A program made the translations under genes and the position numbers. A DNA stretch of 64,000 nt from Candidatus Levybacteria bacterium RIFCSPHIGHO2_01_FULL_40_16 (lineage in GTDB: Bacteria > Patescibacteriota > Microgenomatia > Levybacterales > UBA12049). Shown here one piece after another: positions 20,284-29,121 of the stretch. The stretch's first letter is position 1, and each line of letters starts with the position of its first letter. The notes below the pieces were generated by a model. The model had not been told where the DNA came from. It worked only from the letters and a program-made list of their open reading frames with translations, and made no database searches. The DNA lies in assembly GCA_001783805.1 (NCBI GenBank), contig MFNS01000001.1, positions 128,649 through 192,648 of the forward strand, in the 5' to 3' direction.

Positions 20284-20467
20284 GGACCCGTGGTTCAGTG
20301 GTAGAACGCTTCATTCACACCTGCCCGACTTTGTGAATGGACTTGTAGTTCAGAGGTAGAACGCTCGCTTCACATGCGAGAGCTCGATGGTTCGAGTCCA
20401 TCCAAGTCCACACAAAGTCCAGTCAGGCGGGTTGAAGAGGTCAGAGGTTCGAATCCTCTCGGGTCCA
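20284..20467 (+). tRNA. Outer tRNA-Val(CAC), interrupted at 37/38 by a 112-nt insert (20320-20431)
   Basis: Acceptor GGACCCG/CGGGTCC, D GTTC/GAAC, anticodon stem CTTCA/TGAAG with rejoined loop TTCACAT, T arm AGAGG-TTCGAAT-CCTCT; all stems fully paired; no encoded CCA. Confidence 0.85.
20339..20410 (+). tRNA. Inner (nested) tRNA-Val(CAC)
   Basis: GGACTTG/CAAGTCC, GTTC/GAAC, CTCGC-TTCACAT-GCGAG, GATGG-TTCGAGT-CCATC, A73. Confidence 0.93.
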
Positions 20468-20469
20468 CT

Positions 20470-21270
20470 GTGGATATATGCTTGATTTGTAAGACAGAAG
20501 ATAAATATCCTCTTTGTAGGAAATGCGCTAAAAAACCTTTTTTGGTTGAAAGAGCAAGGCAAATTCTCGCCAGCATAAGCGATCTTGATTCACTAAGGAA
20601 GATGTACGATTCAAAATATGCCGAAATCAAAAATTTAAATACGTCTTCTTTCTGGAACAGCAAGTTACAGGAATCAAAGCTGGGCAAACAGGACGGCATG
20701 ACTAAAGATAGGGTGAAAACAGCATTCGGATTTTTGCCAAGAAACGCCAAAAGGGTTTTAGATATTGGTGCGGGAAATGGATTTATTGAAGAATTGTTGA
20801 ACCGGAAGAATGTTAAAATCTTTGGCAATGATATCTCGGACGTTTCTATCAAAAATTTGAAAAATAGATTTAGGGGTCAATTCCGCAAGGAGTCAATCTA
20901 CAGAATGAGGTATTCAAAAAGATTTTTTGATGCTATTTTTGCTCTTGAGGTGTTGGAGCACGTTGCGCCAAGCAAGATCTTTAATTCTCTGAAGAAAATT
21001 AGAAAAATTTTAAGGATTAATGGATCGCTCATAATCTCGGTTCCCACAAATGAGGGTTTGGAGAAAATGAAAAACAATCCTAGCGGACACACCAGAACTT
21101 ATACGGAGAATCTAATAAGAGCCGAGTTAAAGATTGCAGGCTTCAAAATTCTCAAACTAAAAACATTATACGCTTTTAAGAGTTTTTATGGTTTTAAGAA
21201 AATTTCCTCAAAAATTCTGCGAAACAGGTGGAAGCCCAATGATATAGTTGTTTTGGCAAAAATTGCATGA
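20470..21270 (+). CDS. Class I SAM-dependent methyltransferase with N-terminal CxxC..CxxC
   Basis: VLDIGAGNG and ALEVLEH; start placed at GTG 20470, just after the tRNA. Confidence 0.8.
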   Translation: MDICLICKTEDKYPLCRKCAKKPFLVERARQILASISDLDSLRKMYDSKYAEIKNLNTSSFWNSKLQESKLGKQDGMTKDRVKTAFGFLPRNAKRVLDIGAGNGFIEELLNRKNVKIFGNDISDVSIKNLKNRFRGQFRKESIYRMRYSKRFFDAIFALEVLEHVAPSKIFNSLKKIRKILRINGSLIISVPTNEGLEKMKNNPSGHTRTYTENLIRAELKIAGFKILKLKTLYAFKSFYGFKKISSKILRNRWKPNDIVVLAKIA

Positions 21271-22292
21271 ATATTTTATTTTTTTCCCGTCGATTTTATC
21301 CCCATATAGGGGGAGTTGAGAAGCATGTTTTGGAAATTAGTCGGAACCTGATCAATAAAGGTCACAAAGTTATCGTTGTTACGGAACAGCATGCCCGTAA
21401 CTCTAAAATACAGGAAAATATTGAAGGAATTGATGTATTTAGGATTCCCAATCTAAGCGAGGGGTGGTTTAAGAAAATCCAGATTTGGAATTGGTTTTGG
21501 GCAAACAGAAAGCTTATAAAAAATGCAGACATTGTTCACTGCCATGACGTATTTTTTTGGTATTTACCGTTTAAATTTATATTTCCTTTTAAAAAAATAT
21601 TCACAACCTTTCATGGATATGAAGGTTACCCATTAACGTCAAAAGACATTTTAGTCCATAAAATATCGGAGAAATTATCAATGGGAAATATTTGCATTGG
21701 GGATTTTATTAAAAAATGGTACGGTACAAAACCAACTTTTGTTTCATACGGAGGAGTTAATAAAGTTAAAAGCGAAAAGTTAAAAGTTAAAAGTTCCGAA
21801 GGAGCGGTTTTTATCGGAAGACTTGACGAGCAAACGGGAATAATAACGTATGTTAAGGCGGTTGAGATAATCAAGAAGAAAATTCCAAATTTTGATTTTC
21901 TTATAATTGGAGATGGAAAACTTAAGACTGAAATTAGTGAAAAAATAAAAATATTGAAGCCCCGGAGCAATGCGGAAGAATACTTTAGAAAATATAGTTT
22001 TGCTTTTGTATCAAGATATCTCTCCATATTGGAAGCAATGGCTGCAAAAAGATTGGTCTTTGCAGTTTACGATAATCCTCTTAAGGAGGACTATTTAAGA
22101 ATGGCTCCTTTTTCGAAATATATTACAATTTCAAGTTCCCCATCCGAATTGGTTTCAAAAATTTCTTTTTATCTCGATAATCCTAGAGCTCAAGAGAAAA
22201 TGGTTAAAGAAGCAAATGCTTGGGTAAAAAAATATACTTGGGAAGAAATGACGGACATGTATTTAAAACTTTGGAAATCCGGAACGCATTAA
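21267..22292 (+). CDS. GT4 family glycosyltransferase
   Basis: FYPHIGGVEKHV, FIGRL, ILEAMA. Confidence 0.85.
   Translation: MNILFFSRRFYPHIGGVEKHVLEISRNLINKGHKVIVVTEQHARNSKIQENIEGIDVFRIPNLSEGWFKKIQIWNWFWANRKLIKNADIVHCHDVFFWYLPFKFIFPFKKIFTTFHGYEGYPLTSKDILVHKISEKLSMGNICIGDFIKKWYGTKPTFVSYGGVNKVKSEKLKVKSSEGAVFIGRLDEQTGIITYVKAVEIIKKKIPNFDFLIIGDGKLKTEISEKIKILKPRSNAEEYFRKYSFAFVSRYLSILEAMAAKRLVFAVYDNPLKEDYLRMAPFSKYITISSSPSELVSKISFYLDNPRAQEKMVKEANAWVKKYTWEEMTDMYLKLWKSGTH
21762..21796 (+). repeat. In-frame heptamer array (AAAGTTA)x5
   Basis: aaagtta aaagcga aaagtta aaagtta aaagttc, encoding KVKSEKLKVKS. Confidence 0.8.
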
Positions 22293-24002
22293 ACCAAATG
22301 CAAGCAGAATAATGAAAGAAGACAGACTAATTAATGATGATAATTTACGCACATTAGTATCCTGAAAAATCACTTCTACCCGATATAATCCCTTATCTAA
22401 ATTGAAAGTGATTACTCCCGGATAATTTGGATTCATAAAACTGAATGGATATAAATTGCCGTTTACTTTGACAATCCAATTTGGGAAGTATAATGTATTT
22501 TCTTTAAAGGCCGCATTTCCTGATGTTACGCGAATTGAATAGGCATGCTTATTGGGCCCCCTAAGCCCCTCAGTAATATTTGCTTTTCCTTGGAGAATAT
22601 CCATGTGCGGGACAACTCGCTGATTGATGTTAAATTTGTCAGAGTTAACCCATATCGTTGTTCCCGGGCCAATTTTAGCCATAGTTTGAGGTAAATCATG
22701 TAAAATAGCGGAATCCGTTAATAGGGGGAGCATTTTTCTATTGCCCCAGTTAAGCATGGTCGTTGTGACTGCAAGCAGACACAAAGCGATAAGGAATTGT
22801 TTATTGGGAATATTTTTTATCACAATGCCTGCAATTATCGACATAAAGAATGAAGTTAATAAAAGCAATCTAAATGAGAATTGGAAGGAGTTAATTAAAG
22901 GAACAGTTTTCCATATTGGGCTTGAAACGGATTGAGTTAGAAAAAGAAGAATCAGAAATGAAATGAGAGATATTAAGTATAGATTTTTTTCCTTAAATTT
23001 TTCTTTTAATTTTTTAAAAAATAAATAAATTGAAAACAAAATAATGGCCCATTCAACATAGCCTACGATAAAAGAGAGTTCTCCCTTGTGTCCTTGGAAT
23101 AGGAATCCCCATCCCCATGGTGAATAGAAGAGCTGATCCAGAGAAATAAATGAAACAACACCTTTTGTTAATAAATTTGTGTATTTTGCCTCTAAAATGG
23201 CAGGCAGCCAGTAAAAAGAAGACAGAATTATTCCGAATATTAAAGAAAAAATACTGTTAAATATAAAATAAAATTTTTTCTTATTTTTATTTAGGAAAAG
23301 ATACAGGCAATAAATTGCAATAAACGGCGTTGAAATAAGTGATATTGCCTGATGTGAAAGTATGAGAAGCGAAAAACTTACACTAGACAGAAAGAACCAT
23401 CGAAAAGTAAGGTTTTCTGACATTTTTTTTATTGTCAAAAAACAAAATGGCAGTATTGCAAACGCAATTACTTCTCCAATTGCCACTCTAAAATGTAAAT
23501 CCACAAGGTGGTAGGGAGAAAAAAGATAAAATAACGCGGCAATAAATGCGGAAAATTTATTCTTAATCTCCTCCTTTATGAAAAAATACATTGTAATTCC
23601 CGACGTAATAAATGAGAAAGCTAGAATAATTTTAAGACTATTAACAAAACTAAATCCTAGAAAATGAAAAAATGCGGTTAGGTAATAAGGCAAGGGGTAA
23701 GCGAAAAGAAAAAGCGGGTAACCGTAGCCGTAAATCATTTCGCTACTCCAGCGAGGAATGAAAACCCCTTCTTTTAAGGATTCATAAAACGACATCGCAA
23801 ATCCTGCATGCAAGCTTAGGTCTCCGCTTTCATATGACCCTTCTCTAAGAACGCTAATAAGAGGTAGGAAAGAGACGAGAATTAAAAGAAAAAATAGATT
23901 AATATTGCGTTTTGGGTAGACATATTTATAGGCTATTATCCCCAACAATAATAGCGTAGAAAATATTAAATTTACTACGATCATTCTGTAAGGGTCCGGC
24001 AT
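22263..24002 (-). CDS. Polytopic membrane protein, PTPS-related/YfhO-like GT-C glycosyltransferase
   Basis: PRW..GYGYPLF.F.YPL, SPYHLVD..R..GE, QFSFRLL, LYFPNW motifs. Confidence 0.75.
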   Translation of the reverse strand: MPDPYRMIVVNLIFSTLLLLGIIAYKYVYPKRNINLFFLLILVSFLPLISVLREGSYESGDLSLHAGFAMSFYESLKEGVFIPRWSSEMIYGYGYPLFLFAYPLPYYLTAFFHFLGFSFVNSLKIILAFSFITSGITMYFFIKEEIKNKFSAFIAALFYLFSPYHLVDLHFRVAIGEVIAFAILPFCFLTIKKMSENLTFRWFFLSSVSFSLLILSHQAISLISTPFIAIYCLYLFLNKNKKKFYFIFNSIFSLIFGIILSSFYWLPAILEAKYTNLLTKGVVSFISLDQLFYSPWGWGFLFQGHKGELSFIVGYVEWAIILFSIYLFFKKLKEKFKEKNLYLISLISFLILLFLTQSVSSPIWKTVPLINSFQFSFRLLLLTSFFMSIIAGIVIKNIPNKQFLIALCLLAVTTTMLNWGNRKMLPLLTDSAILHDLPQTMAKIGPGTTIWVNSDKFNINQRVVPHMDILQGKANITEGLRGPNKHAYSIRVTSGNAAFKENTLYFPNWIVKVNGNLYPFSFMNPNYPGVITFNLDKGLYRVEVIFQDTNVRKLSSLISLSSFIILLAFGLMRSGFPKF

Positions 24003-24039
24003 ATGGATTATGGTATAGTATAAGAAATAAATAAGCAAT

Positions 24040-24843
24040 ATGTTTCGAAAATTACTTCATGAAATAAGTGCAGAGAGAATGGATGCGGAAAATCCTTTAT
24101 TGCCGCCATTTTTTTATCAACAACAAAAAGCATATTCCTTTTGTATGAAATTTGCTAAAGATAAAGATGTTCTGGAAGTTGGAAGCGGGAGTGGATATGG
24201 TACTTATCGATTGGCAAAGGTTGCCAGTAATATTTTAGGAATAGATAGCAGTGAATTGGCTGTCAATAAAAGTAAGGAAAAATATAAAGCTGATAATCTC
24301 AATTTCATTTGGTCTAAAATAGAAGACTATAGAACAAAGCAGGAATTTGATGTTGTCATTGCTCTACAGGTACTAGAACATTTAGAAAAACCGGAATTAT
24401 TTTTGAGAAAAGTAGCAGCTATCTTAAAAAAGGAAGGTTTATTGTTAATAACCACTCCCAACAGCCAAACCCAATCATATAATGAAAATCCGTATCATTA
24501 TAAAGAATATTCTTTTGGAGAATTACGAAATTTTTTCTCAAAATACTTTAGAGAGGTAAATCTCTATGGAATTTCCGGAAACAGCGAGGTAAGAAACTTT
24601 GAGAGAGCGAGGAAAGACCATGTGCTTAGCCTATTGAGTGGGGATAGATTTAAGCTGAGAAGATTTCTTCCCAGAAAAATTAAACAGTTAGCTTTCGATT
24701 TAATTGCATATTTGAATAGATTTTTATATCAGCAAAGAGATAGAAGACTAAACCGAGAAATTTTAGAAGACGATTATAAGATTGCTAAAGAAAATGAACC
24801 CAACCCAATTGACATCATCGCTGTTTGTAGGCATTTAAGATAA
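24040..24843 (+). CDS. Class I SAM-dependent methyltransferase
   Basis: VLEVGSGSGYG, QVLEH, NPYHYKEY. Confidence 0.87.
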   Translation: MFRKLLHEISAERMDAENPLLPPFFYQQQKAYSFCMKFAKDKDVLEVGSGSGYGTYRLAKVASNILGIDSSELAVNKSKEKYKADNLNFIWSKIEDYRTKQEFDVVIALQVLEHLEKPELFLRKVAAILKKEGLLLITTPNSQTQSYNENPYHYKEYSFGELRNFFSKYFREVNLYGISGNSEVRNFERARKDHVLSLLSGDRFKLRRFLPRKIKQLAFDLIAYLNRFLYQQRDRRLNREILEDDYKIAKENEPNPIDIIAVCRHLR

Positions 24844-25740
24844 CCCCTTGACCTGCTGAAATCTATTTTTTGCATAAAGAAATAATTCAAAAGTTGTAAA
24901 TAAAGAAAATCTTATCAAAATTCCCAAATATACAAGGAGATTTATCAGAAAAAATTTTCTTTGTGCGTGGTGTTTGTTGTAATACTGGAACATTCCTTTA
25001 TGAAAATTTAATAATGATTTGATTTTGAATTGCCTGGTTGTTCCTCCATGCATATGTTTTACTTTAATCTCTGGAAAATAATAAACGTTCCAACCTGCTT
25101 TTATTGCTCTATAGCAATAGTCGATGTCTTCACTATATATGAAGAATCTTTCGTCTAGATAGCCAATTTTTTTGGTTAGTTTTTTTCTTATGAGCATAAA
25201 GGCTCCCATTATACACTCGACTCTTGCAATTTCATCATCCGGCAAATGAGTAAGATAATAATTCAGGGATTTAATCTTTGGAAATATCTTATATAGTCCA
25301 ATTGTTTGAGAAAATACGTTTATTATTGTTGGTAAAGAGCGTTTGCAAGGTAAATCCAGAGACCCATCATGTTTTATTATTTTGCAACCGGAAATGCCTA
25401 TATTGGGATTTTTGTCCATAAATTTTATTATTAAATCCAAAGAAGAATCTTTCGTGAAGATAACGTCTGAGTTTAAGTGAAGAATATATCTGCTTTTAGA
25501 CAATTTGGTGCCGATATTATATGTTTTACTGTATCCTAAATTTTCTGTATTTTCTTTAATCTTAATTTTTGGAAACTTTTTCCTGACCATCTCTACGGAT
25601 TTATCAATTGACCCATCATCGACTACAATAATTTCAAAACTGATGTTCTTGGTATTTCGATATACGGAGGATAGAGTTCTTTTTAATAATTTTTCAGTGT
25701 TATAATTTCCGATAATTATTGATACGTCAAATTGTTTCAT
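24835..25740 (-). CDS. GT2 family glycosyltransferase (rhamnosyltransferase-like)
   Basis: VVDDGSID, NLGY, LNSD, DERFFIYSEDID. Confidence 0.87.
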   Translation of the reverse strand: MKQFDVSIIIGNYNTEKLLKRTLSSVYRNTKNISFEIIVVDDGSIDKSVEMVRKKFPKIKIKENTENLGYSKTYNIGTKLSKSRYILHLNSDVIFTKDSSLDLIIKFMDKNPNIGISGCKIIKHDGSLDLPCKRSLPTIINVFSQTIGLYKIFPKIKSLNYYLTHLPDDEIARVECIMGAFMLIRKKLTKKIGYLDERFFIYSEDIDYCYRAIKAGWNVYYFPEIKVKHMHGGTTRQFKIKSLLNFHKGMFQYYNKHHAQRKFFLINLLVYLGILIRFSLFTTFELFLYAKNRFQQVKGLS

Positions 25741-25832
25741 TTGTAATTATTGAATTTTATCATTTATTCTTTAGAAAAGTAAATTAGTTATTATTTGATG
25801 CTATAATATGAATTATTGTCCTAGATTTGAGT

Positions 25833-26777
25833 ATGAAAGTTTCATTTATCGCTACGGTTTATAATGAAGAAAAATCAGTACTGCTATTATTAAAATCTAT
25901 ATTCTCTCAGTCCAGACTTCCGGATGAAATTATTATTGTTGACGGCGGTAGTCGCGACCGGACGGTCGCTAAAATTAAGAATTTAAAATTAAAAATTAAA
26001 AATTATAATGGGAAGTTTAAAATTATTGTAAAAAAAGGGAATAGATCGGTTGGCAGGAATGAAGCGATAAAAAATTCGAGCAATGGAATTATTATTTGTT
26101 CGGATGCAGGATGCATACTCGACAAGAATTGGGTTAAGAACATCATAGAGCCTTTTATAAATCCAGGTGTGGATGTGGTTGCCGGATATTACAAAGGTAA
26201 CGCTAAAACAATTTTTCAAAAATGTTTAATTCCCTATGTTTTAGTGACGGAAGATAAAATTAATTCTCAAAACTTTCTTCCCGCCACCCGCTCAATGGCT
26301 TTTAAAAAGTCAATTTGGGAGAAAGTAGGTAGATTTCCTGAGGAATTTAGTAATAACGAAGATTATGTTTTCGCTAAAAAATTAAAAAAAATTTCCGCCA
26401 ACATTGTTTTTGAAAAAAGTGCAATAGCTTATTGGATGCCAAGGGACAACTTAAAAGATGCCTTTGCAATGTTCTACCGTTTTGCAAAAGGCGATTCCGA
26501 ATCCCGTATTTTTAGACCAAAGGTATTTCTAATTTTTCTCCGGTATATTCTCGGTTTGACTCTTTTGTCATTATTTTTTCTTTTAAAGTCAGACTTAATA
26601 CTTAATACTTTATACTTAATACTTATTATCTATGTCCTTTGGTCGATATTAAAAAATTATAAATACGTCAAGGATATCCGTGCAGTTTTATTTCTCCCTT
26701 TATTGCAAATTATTTCCGATATCGCCGTAATGCTGGGTACAATTGCAGGATTATTTTCTTTTGTAGACCTCGACTAG
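25833..26777 (+). CDS. GT2 family glycosyltransferase with C-terminal TM segments
   Basis: TVYNEE, VDGGSRD, SDAGC, NEDYVF. Confidence 0.85.
   Translation: MKVSFIATVYNEEKSVLLLLKSIFSQSRLPDEIIIVDGGSRDRTVAKIKNLKLKIKNYNGKFKIIVKKGNRSVGRNEAIKNSSNGIIICSDAGCILDKNWVKNIIEPFINPGVDVVAGYYKGNAKTIFQKCLIPYVLVTEDKINSQNFLPATRSMAFKKSIWEKVGRFPEEFSNNEDYVFAKKLKKISANIVFEKSAIAYWMPRDNLKDAFAMFYRFAKGDSESRIFRPKVFLIFLRYILGLTLLSLFFLLKSDLILNTLYLILIIYVLWSILKNYKYVKDIRAVLFLPLLQIISDIAVMLGTIAGLFSFVDLD
25971..26005 (+). repeat. In-frame heptamer array (AAAATTA)x5
   Basis: Encodes KIKNLKLKIKN. Confidence 0.7.
26593..26627 (+). repeat. In-frame heptamer array (ACTTAAT)x5
   Basis: acttaat acttaat actttat acttaat acttatt, encoding LILNTLYLIL. 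Confidence 0.8.
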
Positions 26778-28286
26778 ATGAGCGCCATCGGCTATAACCG
26801 AATAAATTACCTTATAATTTTTTCTAATCTTACTATCGTTAAAACCCTCTCTGATAATATTATAAAAATTTACCACAACAAAATCATAAGCTTTATCATC
26901 TTTATAGGGAATTAGCGTTCTTCCGTGAAGATCAGGGAGTATATGGTTTGGACTTGTGGCGATACCTACGGTTGCGTCAATTGGTGCATTAATATTCAAA
27001 TAATCAAATGACTCATTAATGCCTTCCCCCCACCACCCAAGCTGGAATAAGCGTTTTTCATAGACGTTTTTAGCTCCGCCAACGACAATATTAAAATAAT
27101 CTATGTAATAAGGCGTAATCCTTAAAAGGATGATAAATTGGTAGATAAATAACGGGATTAAAAATAATATTTTATAATTGATTTTTTTTACTAACTTTAT
27201 TACAACAGCTTCAAATCCCATTGCCGCAATTAACGCAAAGGGTATCATGATTTGAATAATATATCTGATTCCGTGTTCGCGTTTTGGGTAAAAGGACATG
27301 ATAAAAGGAATACAAAACCAAAGAATAAGCGAATACCAGATCCAATTCCTGGATCTATTAATCTTAATAGCGCCGATAAGCGCAAAAAGTAAAATTATCA
27401 AGGGGGTGGTAATAATAAAATAGACAAAGTAATACGGGATCGGGGTAAGCATAAGACGGCCGAAAAAAACTTCAGGAATTGATCTTGCCGCATTAACCCT
27501 TAAATTCATAAAGTAATTAAATTCCCATTCCAGGTGAAAAAAAGGCATTGGCCAAAAGAGAAAAAAGGTTAAAAAAGCTATACCAAAAGTCCCGAGTGTC
27601 TTATAAAAAACAGATTTTATATTCTTATCTTTCAGACTATGGTTTCTTATAAAAAGAATAATAAGCATCATTGGCGGAAGCATAATATGTGTTTCCCGCG
27701 CTAACAAAGCAAGTCCTAGGGTAATGCCCGAGAAAATCATTCTTTTTCTATTCGGTTTTTCAAGGAAAAGAAAGAACGCGAACATGCTGGCAGTAAAAAA
27801 GAACAGTCCAAGGGGTTCAAGCATGGCAATTTGGGAATGCCCTAACGGAATTGGCAGCATTGAAAAAATCATTCCCGCGGTAAAGCCGGAATATAAGGAA
27901 ATATATCTTGCGCCAATCAGGAAAACCAAAACCGCTGCAAAAGAGGTTAAAAAAACAGAAAGCATTCTGTCGTAAGTCAGATCATAGTTGTAAATCGGAA
28001 ATCCCTTATTATCCCAGCCTTTGATGTCCGGTATCGAGGCAATACCCCTTAAATATCTTGCAAGCGGAGGGTGATCGGGGGTGCCTTTCCACCAAAATTC
28101 ACTGCCAAAATCAAGATTTTTTGCGTCTCTGATATAATGCCACGCATAATCTACAAGCAGTGATTTCTCGTCCCACATTTGACCCGCTTTATTCAAATTC
28201 CAGACTCTTAGCGAAAAAGCCAAAAGAAAAATTAAAAGAGAAAGTAACGGTATAGCATATTTAATTAAAGTGTTTCTTAAATTCAT
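26751..28286 (-). CDS. ArnT/PMT (GT39/GT83-like) membrane glycosyltransferase
   Basis: WDE and DHPPLARY motifs; many TM segments. Confidence 0.8.
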   Translation of the reverse strand: MNLRNTLIKYAIPLLSLLIFLLAFSLRVWNLNKAGQMWDEKSLLVDYAWHYIRDAKNLDFGSEFWWKGTPDHPPLARYLRGIASIPDIKGWDNKGFPIYNYDLTYDRMLSVFLTSFAAVLVFLIGARYISLYSGFTAGMIFSMLPIPLGHSQIAMLEPLGLFFFTASMFAFFLFLEKPNRKRMIFSGITLGLALLARETHIMLPPMMLIILFIRNHSLKDKNIKSVFYKTLGTFGIAFLTFFLFWPMPFFHLEWEFNYFMNLRVNAARSIPEVFFGRLMLTPIPYYFVYFIITTPLIILLFALIGAIKINRSRNWIWYSLILWFCIPFIMSFYPKREHGIRYIIQIMIPFALIAAMGFEAVVIKLVKKINYKILFLIPLFIYQFIILLRITPYYIDYFNIVVGGAKNVYEKRLFQLGWWGEGINESFDYLNINAPIDATVGIATSPNHILPDLHGRTLIPYKDDKAYDFVVVNFYNIIREGFNDSKIRKNYKVIYSVIADGAHLVEVYKRK

Positions 28287-28377
28287 TTAATCAATATCAA
28301 TATATCATACATTATATTTTTTATTGATTTTCTCCACGGACTGCGCCTATAATAGACTTCATAAAGAAAGGATAATC

Positions 28378-29121
28378 GTGAGAAAGAAAAAAGAAAAAAA
28401 AACCTACTCTTTTAATGATGATATTGAAAGTAGCGGCCGTTATCAATATACAAATTTCAATAATTATTCAGCGTATATCGCCACAAAAAAACAATCCGAA
28501 GAACTGATAAAATTACTAAAAGATCATGCTTCAAAAAATATTAATATTTTGGATGTAGGATGCGGTGACGGCACATTTACATTTGAAATTTTAAAAGAAG
28601 TTAACCCTAAAAAAATAATCGGATTCGACTACGCTCAATCCGCGATACGCGTTGCGAATAAGTCGGTTGAGCCAAGAATGCAAGGTAAGATAGAATTTTT
28701 ACATAGAGATGTCTATAATGTGCATAAAATGTTTAAGAAAAATTCTTTCGACGTTATAGTAATTAGAGGTGTCTTACATCATCTAACTAGACCAGAACAG
28801 GCAATTAAATCACTCAGAAACCTTTCAAATAAAATTATAGTATTGGAACCAAACGGGTTCAATCCTATCTTAAAATTCATAGAGAATACATCTTCATACC
28901 ATCTACGCCGCGGAGAAAAATCGTATTGGCCTCCGACGATTAATAAATGGTTTGAGAATAATGGCTTTAGAACAAGAAAACAATTATTTTTCAGTATTGT
29001 TCCGTATTTCTGTCCCAAAAATGTTGTAAAAATATTAAAGTTTATAGAGCCGGTTATGGAGAAAGTGCCATTCTTAAAATTATTTTATTGCGGAACAAAC
29101 CTAATTTATTATGAAAAATAA
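28378..29121 (+). CDS. Class I SAM-dependent methyltransferase
   Basis: ILDVGCGDG, GVLHH, LEPN. Confidence 0.85.
   Translation: MRKKKEKKTYSFNDDIESSGRYQYTNFNNYSAYIATKKQSEELIKLLKDHASKNINILDVGCGDGTFTFEILKEVNPKKIIGFDYAQSAIRVANKSVEPRMQGKIEFLHRDVYNVHKMFKKNSFDVIVIRGVLHHLTRPEQAIKSLRNLSNKIIVLEPNGFNPILKFIENTSSYHLRRGEKSYWPPTINKWFENNGFRTRKQLFFSIVPYFCPKNVVKILKFIEPVMEKVPFLKLFYCGTNLIYYEK

Noticed and set aside
20320-20431. Group I/II intron or archaeal BHB intron explanation for the tRNA inserts
   Set aside because: Only ~40 nt remain once the inner tRNA is subtracted, too little for a ribozyme core. At the Val site positions 32-35 (TTCA) cannot pair with the insert 3' end to form a 4-bp BHB helix.
20284-20467. 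Nested tRNAs as an assembly artefact, tandem duplication or prophage att site
   Set aside because: Inner and outer copies differ by compensatory changes in three stems, are joined by unique complementary stalks, occur at two loci, and no integrase is nearby. A read check is still advisable.
20350-20852. ORF-track entries overlapping the tRNA-Val locus (20350-20562, 20370-20852, N-terminal extension from 20374)
   Set aside because: Shadow translations of tRNA sequence or antisense to the methyltransferase.
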